Positions 18,090-27,362 of a DNA stretch of 64,000 nt are shown here, one piece after another. The DNA is from a virus. Every line of letters starts with the position of its first letter. Position 1 is the first letter of the stretch. The translations under genes were made by a program, and so were the position numbers. Location of the stretch: IMG/VR virus record IMGVR_UViG_3300027835_000143, positions 1 to 64,000 of that record, one strand, 5' to 3'. The notes below the pieces were generated by a model that searched no databases, had not been told where the DNA came from, and saw only the letters and a program-made list of their open reading frames with translations.

Positions 18090-18322
18090 CCGCCGACGAC
18101 TGGTTCGCGGTCCGGGTGCGTGACCTGGAGGCACAGTTGGACCAGCGCGTCCGGCTCGCGAATGATACGCGCCGCATGATCGAAGCCGACGCCACCGACG
18201 CGCGCGTCGTCGCGTGGTTCATCGCCATCCACGGCACCGGTCACGGCAGCCGGCCTGGCGTCAGGCGGATCGATGGGCCGCCTGACGCGCTGCCCGACCA
18301 TGTGCCGCGCCACAACTCCTGA
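18080..18322 (+). CDS. hypothetical protein
   Basis: Overlapping coupled ORF. Confidence 0.4.
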   Translation: MSLTADDWFAVRVRDLEAQLDQRVRLANDTRRMIEADATDARVVAWFIAIHGTGHGSRPGVRRIDGPPDALPDHVPRHNS

Positions 18323-18430
18323 CGGCCACACGAATCGCCGAAGCGACGGAACGCGCCGCCCAGTCGCGGCTAACCGCAGTAGCCGTGGACAGACGAGGGA
18401 CTGCTCGGCACTGCGGTTCAGCCAGGACAT

Positions 18431-18640
18431 ATGGACCAACTTACCCGCCGCATCCGGGACAACCGCATCGAAGCGTTATTTAGGGCCGGCGAGACGCACG
18501 CGCGCATCGCCGCCGCCGTCGGCCTGACGCGGGAGCGGGTCACTGAGATCCTCAAGGATCGCGGCGTTCCGCGCGCCTCCGGCGGCGCCTCGCAGCGCGC
18601 CGCGCGCAAAAAGGTAAACAGGCTCGCGTTAAGGTCATAG
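18431..18640 (+). CDS. small HTH DNA-binding protein (sigma70 region 4-like)
   Basis: GETHARIAAAVGLTRERVTEIL. Confidence 0.75.
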   Translation: MDQLTRRIRDNRIEALFRAGETHARIAAAVGLTRERVTEILKDRGVPRASGGASQRAARKKVNRLALRS

Positions 18641-18677
18641 CGTCACCTCCGAAACGGTTCTGCGGCCGAACTCGATG

Positions 18678-18738
18678 CGGGAGCCGCCGTTCTCACCGGG
18701 CCGTCCCTTCCACGGCTCAGCGGGACCGGCGGCTCCCG
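18678..18738 (+). promoter_or_regulatory. stem-loop in the leader of the protease/capsid operon
   Basis: CGGGAGCCGCCG (18678-89) pairs with CGGCGGCTCCCG (18727-38); internal GGGCCGT/ACGGCTC stem. Confidence 0.55.
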
Positions 18739-18764
18739 TCGCGTACGGCCAGGACACGAGGCAT

Positions 18765-21647
18765 ATGGCGCTGACCCACTATCAGGCATACCAGAACGCC
18801 GTCGCTGCTGGCGGGCCGGACCCGCTTGCGGCGACGGGCGTGACCATCTTCAAGCAGTACGACGTCGAGGTCGAAGTCGGAAAGGACGGGACGAACGCGT
18901 ACGAAGGCCGGCGCGTCAAGTTCGTCATCACCACGAGCGCGCCGGACCGCGAGAACGACGTCGTCGAGACGCCCGGCATCGAGACCAGCAACTTCGAGAA
19001 GAACCCGGTCGTCATGTGGGCGCACGACTACCGCCAGTTGCCGATTGGACGCTGTGTCGCGATCGAACGGTATCCGACGAAGATGATCGCGACGGTCGAG
19101 TTCGCGCCGGCCGAGATGAACCCGCTGGCGGAACAGGTCTTCCGCATGATCAAGGGCGGGTTCCTGAAGGCGTGCAGCATCGGCTTCCGCCCGCTCGGGT
19201 GGGACTACAACGAGGAACGCGGCGGCGTCGACTTCCAGAAGGCCGAGATGCTCGAGTTCAGCGTCTGCCCGATCCCGGCGAACGCCGAGGCGCTCGTCGC
19301 CGCGAGCGCGGCCGGCATCGACATCTCCGTCGTCAAGGACTGGGCCGCGCGCGTACTCGCGGAGCCGGCACAGTCACGGCCGGCCGGCGTTGCGGCCGTC
19401 GTCATAGACGTCGCGAAGTTCCTCGGCGGCCCTGACGCAGACCCGATCCGCTGGAACCTGGCGCTCCCGAAGTCCTTCGATGTCGCGTCGCAGGAGTTCC
19501 CGCCGCTCAGCAAGGAGCAGGACGTCGCCGCGAAGTACGTCGGCTGCGCCATCAAGGAGCTGTACCACCGGCAGGAGCCTGTGATGTCGACGCGCATGGG
19601 CGCCTTCCTGTCCGCGCTGGACGAGGTCGTCAGGCACACGGCGGTCGACGACATCCGGAACCTGACGTCCGGCGGCAGCGAGGAGCCGCCGCTCTACGAG
19701 CGCATCCAGCTGAACTCGACGCGGACCGAGGAGTTCCTCGTCGACGGCCTGCGGTTCCTGCGCTGGAACAACGTGCGGCTGACGCTCCGCGTGGAACCGC
19801 GCTGGTACGGCCTGCAGGTGACGACCTACGCGGCGAGGCAGCACGCCGACGCGGCGCGCGCGCTGCTCGATAAGGCGTTCGCTCGCGCGCGCGAGCTGAA
19901 CTTCCTCAAGGGCGAAGCGTTTTCACTTTCCGGCGAGTTCCTGACGCGGAGCGCGGAGACGTTCGACGACATCTTCCTCGCAGAGAAGAACGTCGCGGCC
20001 GGGAAGCGGCTACGCGACCTCGTCAACGAGCACGGCGCGAACCTCGAGAACCGCGGCGTCATCATGCTCGGCCCTCCCGGGAACGGGAAGACGCTGCTCG
20101 GCCGCATCCTGATGAGCGAGGCGAAGGCGACGTTCATCTGGTGCTCGGCCCGTGACTTCTACCACGGCGGCGGCTTCCGCGGGATCGCGGAGGCGTTCGA
20201 GATCGCGCGCGAATGCGCGCCGTCGATCATCTTCGTGGAGGACGTCGACAACTACCTCGACGGCTACACGACGGACCTGATGAAGACGGAGATGGACGGC
20301 ATCGCGCAGTCCAAGGGTGTCGTGACGATCCTGACGACGAACTATCCGGAGCTGCTGCCGAAGGCGCTGATCGACAGGCCGGGCCGGTTCCACGACATCC
20401 TCCGCTTCGACCTCCCGGACGCAGAGGCGCGGCTCGCGATGCTGCGGAAGTGGATGCCGGCGCTGAGCGGCGTCGCGCTGCAGGAGACGGTGAAGGCGCT
20501 GCACGGCTACAGCGGCGCGCACGTGCGCGAGTTCGTGCGGTTCGCCGGCATCCTCGCCGTACAGGACGGGCTCGCCGTCGCGGACGCGGCGCGGCTGGCG
20601 CTGGCGAAGCTCGCTGAGCAGCGCGACCTGATTACGCAGGTGCAGACGCAGGGCAGCCGGTACCGCGGGTTCGACGTCGCCAAGGCGGTACCGAGGTCGG
20701 TGGAGACCGTGCCCGCTCAGCTGCCGGTGCACGTCGCGAGGGGCGCCGCGCGGGAGGCGCTGCTCGTCGCATGCGCCACTGCCGCAGATTCGCCGGCCAT
20801 CCCTGCGCCGTTCTCGCGCGACGCGGCTGGCTGGAAGGCGTTCACGAAGGCGCGGGACAGGTTCGCGCGCAAGTCGCACGAGCCGCTGACGCCGGAGAAG
20901 CTGGCCGAGTTCCTCGGTGACTACGGGTTCGAGCCGGAGGCCGCCGTCCTGCGGGACGTGATGGTCACGGACGCTGGCGAGGAGGAAGCGGAGCTGGTCG
21001 GCTACCAGACGCTCCAAGCTCTGCTCGGGCAGGCCGCGCAGAGCGTCTCGGACGCCGCGGCACAGGTCGCCGCGCTGGTCGCCGCCGAGAGCGGCGAGGC
21101 GGCGGCGGAGACGCCGGAGGCGGAGGCGGTCGAGGAGAACGTCGAGGCGGCACGCCTCAGCGCGGTCGTCGCGTTCGCGACGCAGGGGATCGGGACGCTG
21201 CAGGCGGTCTGCGGTCTCGCCTGCGACCTGAACGCAGAGGACGAATACGAAGCCGAGAATCCGCTACTGATGGCGCACGGCGACGGGTCGCTGACGGTGT
21301 GGAAGTCCGGCCGCGTCCTGAGCCGCGCGAACGAGACGAAGCTGAAGAACGCGATGGCGCACATGTCCGCCGGGTCGCAGCACGTGCAGGACGTCCTCGA
21401 CAGCGTCGCGCAGGACGACGGCGACGCCGAGGCGGCCGCGGCCGCGCTCCGGGACGCGGACGTGCTCATGGACGACGCAGAAGCGGACGACGGGATCGTC
21501 ATCCTGCGCGAGGAGGAGCCTGTCAGCGACGCCCTCGTCGACGTCGCGCCGGAGATGCTGGCGGCCGCGATCAGCGACGCCATCGGGAAGATCGTAGGGG
21601 CGGAAGTGCACGCGGCGGTCGCGTCCGCGCGCGGACGCATCGACTAA
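18765..21647 (+). CDS. HK97-family prohead protease fused to an AAA+ ATPase and an acidic scaffold-like tail
   Basis: DRENDVV, NPVVMWAHD, CSIGF, EFSVCPIPAN; GPPGNGKT, IIFVEDVD, TTNYP..ALIDRPGRF; KSGRVLSRANETKL; RBS supports ATG 18765. Confidence 0.9.
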   Translation: MALTHYQAYQNAVAAGGPDPLAATGVTIFKQYDVEVEVGKDGTNAYEGRRVKFVITTSAPDRENDVVETPGIETSNFEKNPVVMWAHDYRQLPIGRCVAIERYPTKMIATVEFAPAEMNPLAEQVFRMIKGGFLKACSIGFRPLGWDYNEERGGVDFQKAEMLEFSVCPIPANAEALVAASAAGIDISVVKDWAARVLAEPAQSRPAGVAAVVIDVAKFLGGPDADPIRWNLALPKSFDVASQEFPPLSKEQDVAAKYVGCAIKELYHRQEPVMSTRMGAFLSALDEVVRHTAVDDIRNLTSGGSEEPPLYERIQLNSTRTEEFLVDGLRFLRWNNVRLTLRVEPRWYGLQVTTYAARQHADAARALLDKAFARARELNFLKGEAFSLSGEFLTRSAETFDDIFLAEKNVAAGKRLRDLVNEHGANLENRGVIMLGPPGNGKTLLGRILMSEAKATFIWCSARDFYHGGGFRGIAEAFEIARECAPSIIFVEDVDNYLDGYTTDLMKTEMDGIAQSKGVVTILTTNYPELLPKALIDRPGRFHDILRFDLPDAEARLAMLRKWMPALSGVALQETVKALHGYSGAHVREFVRFAGILAVQDGLAVADAARLALAKLAEQRDLITQVQTQGSRYRGFDVAKAVPRSVETVPAQLPVHVARGAAREALLVACATAADSPAIPAPFSRDAAGWKAFTKARDRFARKSHEPLTPEKLAEFLGDYGFEPEAAVLRDVMVTDAGEEEAELVGYQTLQALLGQAAQSVSDAAAQVAALVAAESGEAAAETPEAEAVEENVEAARLSAVVAFATQGIGTLQAVCGLACDLNAEDEYEAENPLLMAHGDGSLTVWKSGRVLSRANETKLKNAMAHMSAGSQHVQDVLDSVAQDDGDAEAAAAALRDADVLMDDAEADDGIVILREEEPVSDALVDVAPEMLAAAISDAIGKIVGAEVHAAVASARGRID

Positions 21648-21674
21648 CCGTAGGAACACGAAGGAGAAGCAGCC

Positions 21675-22991
21675 ATGTCGCAGACGATGACGCGCGCGGA
21701 ATTGGCGGAACTGGTCGCCATAAACGTCCGTGACGCAGTCGGCAAGGAACTGACGGAGAAGATCCGTGCGAACGTCGAGGCGGCCACGGCCGGTCTCCGC
21801 GAGAAGGTCACGAGCTGGGGCGAGCGGGTCACCGGCGACGTCGACCAGCGGCGCGTCGGCAAGCAGAAGCGGTGGTCGGTCGAGAACGACCCGTCGATGC
21901 CTCAGGACGTGGACACGCGCGGCATCGCGCTTGCCCGCTGCGTCCGAGCGACGGCAGCCGCGCGCGCCTCCGGGCAGGGTCCGGAGTACGCGATGGACGT
22001 GCTGAAGATGTGGGGTAACGGCGACCTCGCCGAGGAGTGGGCCGCGGCCCGCGGCAAGGCGATGACGGCAGGCGACGCGACGGCCGGCGGTTTCATCGTG
22101 CCGATCCAGTTCGTGCAGGACTTCGTCGCGTTCCTGCGCGCCGCGACGGTCATCAGGCGGCTCGGCTGCCCGACGATCCCGCTGCCGACGGGCACGGCGA
22201 AGATGGGCAAGGCGACGGCCGGCGCGAGCGCCGGATACGTCGGCGAGTCCACGAACGCGCCGAAGACGCAGCTCTCCACCGGGCAGCTCACCCTCAGCTT
22301 CAAGAAGCTGATGGCGCTCATCCCGGTCTCGAACGACCTGCTCCGCTACAGCTCACCCGGCGCGGACATGATCGTCCGCAACGACCTCGTCGCAGCGATG
22401 AGCGTCAGGGAGGACAGCGCGTTCATCCGCGGGGACGGCACGGACGGCTCGCCGCGCGGCCTGCGCTACTGGACTCCCGGCGGCAACATCGTCCAGGCGA
22501 ACGGGACCGCGTCGCTGCAGAACACGGCGACGGACCTCGGGCAACTCATGCAGGCGCTGATGACGGCGAACATCCCGATGATCAACCCGTGCTGGATCAT
22601 GTCTCCGCGCTCGCGCAACTTCCTCATGACGCTGCTGACGACGACCGGCACCTTCGTCTACAAGGACGAGATGGCCGGCGGCACGCTCTGGGGCTACCCG
22701 TTCGGCGTGACGACCGGCGTGCCGGACAACCTGAACTTCACGGCGGCCGGAAACAACAACGAGTCTGAGATCTACTTCGCCGACATCGGGCAGGGGCTGA
22801 TCGGCGAGGCGGAGACGCTGACGATCGACGCGAGCCGAGAGGCGGCGTACCACGACGGCAACGCGGTGCAGTCGGCGTGGTCGCGAGACGAGACGACAAT
22901 CCGCGCGATCGCGGAGCACGACTTCGTCATGCGCTACGACGCGGCCGTGGCCGTGCTCGCCGGCGTGACGTGGAGGCCGGGCAGCGTCTAA
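21675..22991 (+). CDS. major capsid protein (HK97 fold)
   Basis: AGGFIVP, YVGES, KKLMALIPVSNDLL, FIRGDGT..PRGL, TLWGYP, IRAIAEHDF. Confidence 0.95.
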   Translation: MSQTMTRAELAELVAINVRDAVGKELTEKIRANVEAATAGLREKVTSWGERVTGDVDQRRVGKQKRWSVENDPSMPQDVDTRGIALARCVRATAAARASGQGPEYAMDVLKMWGNGDLAEEWAAARGKAMTAGDATAGGFIVPIQFVQDFVAFLRAATVIRRLGCPTIPLPTGTAKMGKATAGASAGYVGESTNAPKTQLSTGQLTLSFKKLMALIPVSNDLLRYSSPGADMIVRNDLVAAMSVREDSAFIRGDGTDGSPRGLRYWTPGGNIVQANGTASLQNTATDLGQLMQALMTANIPMINPCWIMSPRSRNFLMTLLTTTGTFVYKDEMAGGTLWGYPFGVTTGVPDNLNFTAAGNNNESEIYFADIGQGLIGEAETLTIDASREAAYHDGNAVQSAWSRDETTIRAIAEHDFVMRYDAAVAVLAGVTWRPGSV

Positions 22992-23057
22992 CCCGTAGGC
23001 GTCCTGGCCGTCATGGTGGCGGCCGGTGGCTGAGGATCACTTCGAGGAGAAACAGAC

Positions 23058-23705
23058 ATGATCACGCGAGACGTCGGAGAAGTCCGGGTCGTCCCCGCGT
23101 TCAACTCCGCCAGCTACGACGCGAGCTGCGGGTCGATGAACGGGGACAGCACCGGCAACCTTGTCCTGGGGTTCATCATCGACCGGCTCGGGCTCGGCCG
23201 CAGCTTCAACGCGGTCCTGGTCGAGGCGGACGTGGACGCTGACATCGGCACGTCGACGGCGTCGGACAACAAGGCCGGGTTCATCAGCGCGTGGCTCTTC
23301 CACAGCTCGACGACCTGCGCCGCGGACTTCGACCTCTACTCGACGGAGCGGGTCGCGCGCCAGCCGCTCTTCATCTTCGCAGGGCCGAACGCCACCTCGA
23401 CGCTGACGGGCGGCTACACGGCGACGTCGACGAGCGTCGGCACCTTCGGGACGTTCTCGGCCACGGCGACCGGCAGCGCTCGCGCCGGCTTCGGGGCCGT
23501 CTACTCCCTCGCCGGCGCCGGCCGCTACCTGCAGGTCGCGGTCCTGCCGGAGGCGTACGCGTCGAGTTCCGGCGGGACCCGGATGCGCTGCTCGGCGAGC
23601 CTGATCTTCGGCGAGCCGGACGACGTCGCGGTGTTCCCGACGACGAGCACCGGGCAGGGCGCCGCGGGATCGAGCAGTGCCTACACCTCCCCTTGGAGGT
23701 CGTAG
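23058..23705 (+). CDS. putative capsid decoration protein, Ser/Thr-rich
   Basis: Directly after the capsid gene with strong RBS; IIDRLG..RYLQV pattern. Confidence 0.55.
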   Translation: MITRDVGEVRVVPAFNSASYDASCGSMNGDSTGNLVLGFIIDRLGLGRSFNAVLVEADVDADIGTSTASDNKAGFISAWLFHSSTTCAADFDLYSTERVARQPLFIFAGPNATSTLTGGYTATSTSVGTFGTFSATATGSARAGFGAVYSLAGAGRYLQVAVLPEAYASSSGGTRMRCSASLIFGEPDDVAVFPTTSTGQGAAGSSSAYTSPWRS

Positions 23706-23942
23706 GTGCTCATCGCAGCCGTAGTCGCTGCGCGTCCCCTGCAACTGCAGGGGGCGCGCTACAACGTCGGGGAGGGCATCATGCTCGACCCGACGAACGC
23801 CCAGCACCGCGAGGTGCTGGATAGCGGATGGGCGCTGCCTGTGCCAGCGACGGCGGCCGTCGTCGCGCCGCCAGCGCACAAGATGGTCGTCTCGGCGGCC
23901 GCCAAATCCCTGGCGCCAGCACCGCCGCGCGGCAAGTCGTAG
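23706..23942 (+). CDS. small hypothetical head-associated protein
   Basis: YNVGE..L..GWA..PPAHKMV pattern typical of post-capsid small genes. Confidence 0.55.
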   Translation: MLIAAVVAARPLQLQGARYNVGEGIMLDPTNAQHREVLDSGWALPVPATAAVVAPPAHKMVVSAAAKSLAPAPPRGKS

Positions 23943-23950
23943 GGGGGCAC

Positions 23951-24883
23951 ATGAGCAGCAACGTGACGGACGCGGTCGTCCCGCAGGGCGTCGAGGGCGT
24001 CGATCCGAACCACCCGGCGAAGAACCGGACGATGCGGATCCTCGACGCCGAGCACGGCCTGATCGAGCGGACGCGCGACAAGCTCGCGATCGTCGGCTAC
24101 GCCAGCAGCACGCGCGACATGGCGCCGTTCGACGACCCGGAGTACGACATCGCCGGCCTGAACCAGATCTACCGGTTCCTGCCGCGCGAGGACGTGCACA
24201 TGGACATCCATGTCAACTGGGACGAGGAGAACGTCGAAGGGACGGACCATCGCGGATGGATCAGAGACTGCGGCATCCCGGTCCTGATGACGAAGGTCCA
24301 CATGGACCTCCCGACGTCCGTGGCCTTTCCGGTCGACGCCGTGATCGGCATCGCGACGGACTACCTGACGAGCAGCGTCGCGTTCTACATCGCCTGGGCG
24401 ATCCATCAGGGGTACAAGCGGATCGACCTGTTCGGAATCGACCTGATCGTCGGGACCGAGTACGAGTTCCAGAAGGCGTGCGCGGAGTTCTGGCTCGGCG
24501 TCGCGCACGGCCGCGGGATCCACGTCAACATCCCGCCGCAGAGCGCGCTCCTCCGGCACTCGCACCGGTACGGCTACGAGCGGGAGCCGCAGATCGGCCT
24601 CGTCAGCTTCGCGGAGATGGACGCGCGCCTCGGCGGCCTCACGAAGCAGCGCGACAAGCAGCTCTCGCGGCTCTACGCCTTCGACGGCGCGCTGCACGAG
24701 AACGTCAAGCACGACGAGTGGAAGGACGACCCGGCGAAGCGGCGCGCGTGGCTGAACGAGCAGCGCAGCGACACGATGGCGCAGATCGCGACGTTCGACG
24801 GCGCGCTGCAGGAGGCCGGATATACGCGCGAGCTGTACCGCCTGCGGAGCCGCGGCGCGGCCGTCCCGATCGTGACCGAGTAG
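23951..24883 (+). CDS. Maf/sialyltransferase-like putative glycosyltransferase, paralog 2
   Basis: KLAIVGY..FDDPEYDIAGLN; YLTSSVAFYIAWAIHQGYKRIDLFGIDL; EYEFQKACAEFWLGVAHGRGI; C-terminal coiled coil. Confidence 0.6.
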   Translation: MSSNVTDAVVPQGVEGVDPNHPAKNRTMRILDAEHGLIERTRDKLAIVGYASSTRDMAPFDDPEYDIAGLNQIYRFLPREDVHMDIHVNWDEENVEGTDHRGWIRDCGIPVLMTKVHMDLPTSVAFPVDAVIGIATDYLTSSVAFYIAWAIHQGYKRIDLFGIDLIVGTEYEFQKACAEFWLGVAHGRGIHVNIPPQSALLRHSHRYGYEREPQIGLVSFAEMDARLGGLTKQRDKQLSRLYAFDGALHENVKHDEWKDDPAKRRAWLNEQRSDTMAQIATFDGALQEAGYTRELYRLRSRGAAVPIVTE

Positions 24884-24923
24884 CGGACGTCGGCGCGCGC
24901 CATGGCGCGCAGGAGGTGACCTG

Positions 24924-25241
24924 GTGCCACTGCAGACGGCGATGTTCGCGAACCAATTCTCGACCGACATCCTGCTCGCGGCGGCGTCTCCGAACGGCTC
25001 GGCGTTCGTGTTCGGCTTCAATTCCACGTACGTCCGGGTCATCAACCTCGCAGAGGTGCCGATCCGGGTCAACCTGAAGTCCACGGCTCCGGCGACGACG
25101 GATGACCCGCTGCTCCTGCCTGGCAAGGACATCAGCATCTACGACGTCCCGATCGGCGGCGGCGCTGTGATGACGACGTCGACGACGACGAGCACGGACG
25201 AGTCAGGCCACTGGGTGTCGGTTAGCGCGTGGGGGATCTAG
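24924..25241 (+). CDS. small beta-rich virion protein, S/T-rich
   Basis: GGAGG RBS; MTTSTTTSTDES. Confidence 0.6.
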   Translation: MPLQTAMFANQFSTDILLAAASPNGSAFVFGFNSTYVRVINLAEVPIRVNLKSTAPATTDDPLLLPGKDISIYDVPIGGGAVMTTSTTTSTDESGHWVSVSAWGI

Positions 25242-25244
25242 GGC

Positions 25245-25577
25245 ATGCCGATCACACGTCAGGTCCCGCGCGTCTTCAACACGACGTCGACCGGCGGCAT
25301 CGTCACGTCGAGCAGCGGGCAGAACTACCAGCTCGGCTTCCGGCCGCGCGTGATCCAGATCGAGAACCTCGGCGGCTCGCCGCTCTGGATCACGTTCGGC
25401 ACGACGTGCGTCGCGACGACGAGCGGCCTGATGATCTCGACCGGCCAGACCGGGAGCGTCTTCTACGCCCAGCTCGGGCTCGAGAACGGGCCGCCGGCGA
25501 TCAGCGGGTTCGAGATCTTCAGCATCGGCGGGACGTCGACGACCACATCGCAGGTCAACATCTGGGCGCTCGGGTAG
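25245..25577 (+). CDS. small beta-rich virion protein, S/T-rich; likely distant paralog of the previous gene
   Basis: FGFNSTYVRVINL vs LGFRPRVIQIENL; both end in V.V/I.AWG/WALG. Confidence 0.6.
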   Translation: MPITRQVPRVFNTTSTGGIVTSSSGQNYQLGFRPRVIQIENLGGSPLWITFGTTCVATTSGLMISTGQTGSVFYAQLGLENGPPAISGFEIFSIGGTSTTTSQVNIWALG

Positions 25578-25586
25578 GGACCGTGA

Positions 25587-26270
25587 ATGATCACCTCAGT
25601 CTGCACGACGTCTACCGAGACGCAATTCGCCGCGATCGGGGACCTGATGGTGCTCCTCAACAGTACCGCGTCGTCCTCCGGACTCGACAAGGCGCTGACG
25701 GACGCGACGGCGTGGACGGAGCGGTTCGTGACGAACCGCATCGCCGGGTCGATCCGTCGGAGCCTCGTGCGGGAGACGGTCGCCGGCAGCGGGTCGCAGC
25801 AACTTATGCTCTCGCGGACGCCGATCCTCAAGGTCGTCCGGATGTTCGACGCGACGGACACAGGGCAGGCGACCGAGTACTGCTCGACGGACTTCCGCAT
25901 CGAGGACGCGGACGCCGGGTTCGTCACGCTGACGAACAACGCCGGGTTCTCCTGGGACTACGTGCCGGACTATTACCTGGACCGGTACCCGCGGCCGGGG
26001 CAGGTCGTGCGCCGGTGGCTCGTCGAGTACGAGGCCGGGTGGCAGCTCGCCTGCTCGTCCTCGACCGGCAAATGGGCGAGCGTGACGACCGGCCGGACGC
26101 TGCCGGAGGACGTCGAGCGCGCGGTCCTGCTGAAGGCGGCGGACTTCGCGCAGGGCAGCGTCGGGCAGTCGATCAGCGGGATGCGCGTGGGACCACTCGC
26201 GCTGAACTACGCCTCGGAGTCGCTCGACCCGGTCGTCGAGCTGCTGTCGCCGTACCGGCGGGAGGCGTAG
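25587..26270 (+). CDS. head-tail adaptor (gp6/gp15-like)
   Basis: ATAWTERF, LSRTPI, VEYEAGW, LPEDVERAVL, LLSPYRR. Confidence 0.8.
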   Translation: MITSVCTTSTETQFAAIGDLMVLLNSTASSSGLDKALTDATAWTERFVTNRIAGSIRRSLVRETVAGSGSQQLMLSRTPILKVVRMFDATDTGQATEYCSTDFRIEDADAGFVTLTNNAGFSWDYVPDYYLDRYPRPGQVVRRWLVEYEAGWQLACSSSTGKWASVTTGRTLPEDVERAVLLKAADFAQGSVGQSISGMRVGPLALNYASESLDPVVELLSPYRREA

Positions 26271-26636
26271 GTGCCGGCGATCTCCGTCCGCAGCTTCGCG
26301 CCGCTGATGCGCCAGCGCGTGACGGTCAACCCGATCGTCGCGAGCAGCAGCGGGTACGACGACTACGGGAACGCGTCGTACGGCGCCTCGGTCGTATACC
26401 AGTGCGCTGTCGTCATGGAGATGAAGCTCGTCACGGACGCGCAGGGGCAGCAGGTGCCGTCCGGGACGCAGGTCTACCTCGCCTCCGCCGCGGCCGTGCG
26501 TCCGGAGGACAGGATCACGCTCAGCACCGCCGACGTCGGCAGCACGGAGAGCTACGCGATCAACCCGCGGATCATCTCGGTCCAGCGGTACCCGTTCACG
26601 CGCGGGCAGTTCGTGACGTGCATCTACTCGAAGTGA
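26271..26636 (+). CDS. head closure/stopper protein
   Basis: Position; DDYGN, LVTDAQGQQVPS, EDRITL. Confidence 0.65.
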   Translation: MPAISVRSFAPLMRQRVTVNPIVASSSGYDDYGNASYGASVVYQCAVVMEMKLVTDAQGQQVPSGTQVYLASAAAVRPEDRITLSTADVGSTESYAINPRIISVQRYPFTRGQFVTCIYSK

Positions 26637-26640
26637 CTGC

Positions 26641-27048
26641 ATGCCAGACAACCTGACCATCACCGGCATCGCGTCCGTGTCGGACGCCCTGTATAGGCTC
26701 GCGGATTCCATGCTGTCCGAGTCGGCGATCGTGCTGAACGCGATCGCCGAGGCGACCATGACGGACGCGAAGGAGCACACGCCGGTGCAGTACGGCGTCC
26801 TGCGGCGCAGCGGCAAGGTCGACACGCATGCGGAGCCGACGCGGCTGCACGCGGTTCTCTCGTTCGGGACCGAGTACGGCGTCTACGTCCACGAGGACCT
26901 CCGCGCCAGGCATCACGTCGGAGAAGCGAAATTCCTAGAGAACGCCGTGAAGCGCGCGGCGCTGACGTTCGAGCGCGACGTGGCGGCCGGGCTCGGGGTC
27001 GGGAAGGGCCACGCGGCGCCCTCCCCCGGCGGGGGAGGACTGCTGTGA
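26641..27048 (+). CDS. HK97 gp10-like neck/tail protein
   Basis: AKEHTPVQYGVLRRSG, YGVYVHE, AKFLENA. Confidence 0.8.
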   Translation: MPDNLTITGIASVSDALYRLADSMLSESAIVLNAIAEATMTDAKEHTPVQYGVLRRSGKVDTHAEPTRLHAVLSFGTEYGVYVHEDLRARHHVGEAKFLENAVKRAALTFERDVAAGLGVGKGHAAPSPGGGGLL

Positions 27049-27359
27049 TGTCGACGACCTGTCACGCGACGTTCTCAGGGCGGATCGACCCGTCTGTAGA
27101 CCGGCTGCTCCGCGCCTATGGCGCCGCCATGGCGGTGGCCGGGATCGACGAGGCAGTCGACGAACTCCTGGCGCGCGTCGTGACGCCGCACCGGCTGCTG
27201 ACGATCAAGCACGACGGCCCGTGCTCCTTCTCAATGGCGCTGACGCCGTTCGCGGAGCTGGCGCTGCGGCAGTCGATCCACATCGCGCAGGACGGCGCGC
27301 TGGACGGCGCGACGAAACTGCGCCGGGTGCGCGAGACGCTCGCGCTGAGCGGGTTCTGA
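27045..27359 (+). CDS. hypothetical protein
   Basis: Coupled ORF. Confidence 0.5.
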   Translation: MMSTTCHATFSGRIDPSVDRLLRAYGAAMAVAGIDEAVDELLARVVTPHRLLTIKHDGPCSFSMALTPFAELALRQSIHIAQDGALDGATKLRRVRETLALSGF

Positions 27360-27362
27360 TGG

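Noticed and set aside
19310-20700. AAA domain as an intein or intron-borne insert
   Set aside because: No intein splice motifs (C/S start, HN-C/S/T end) or homing domain, and composition matches the flanks
22992-23057. Rho-independent terminator after the capsid gene
   Set aside because: A GC hairpin is present but there is no U-tract
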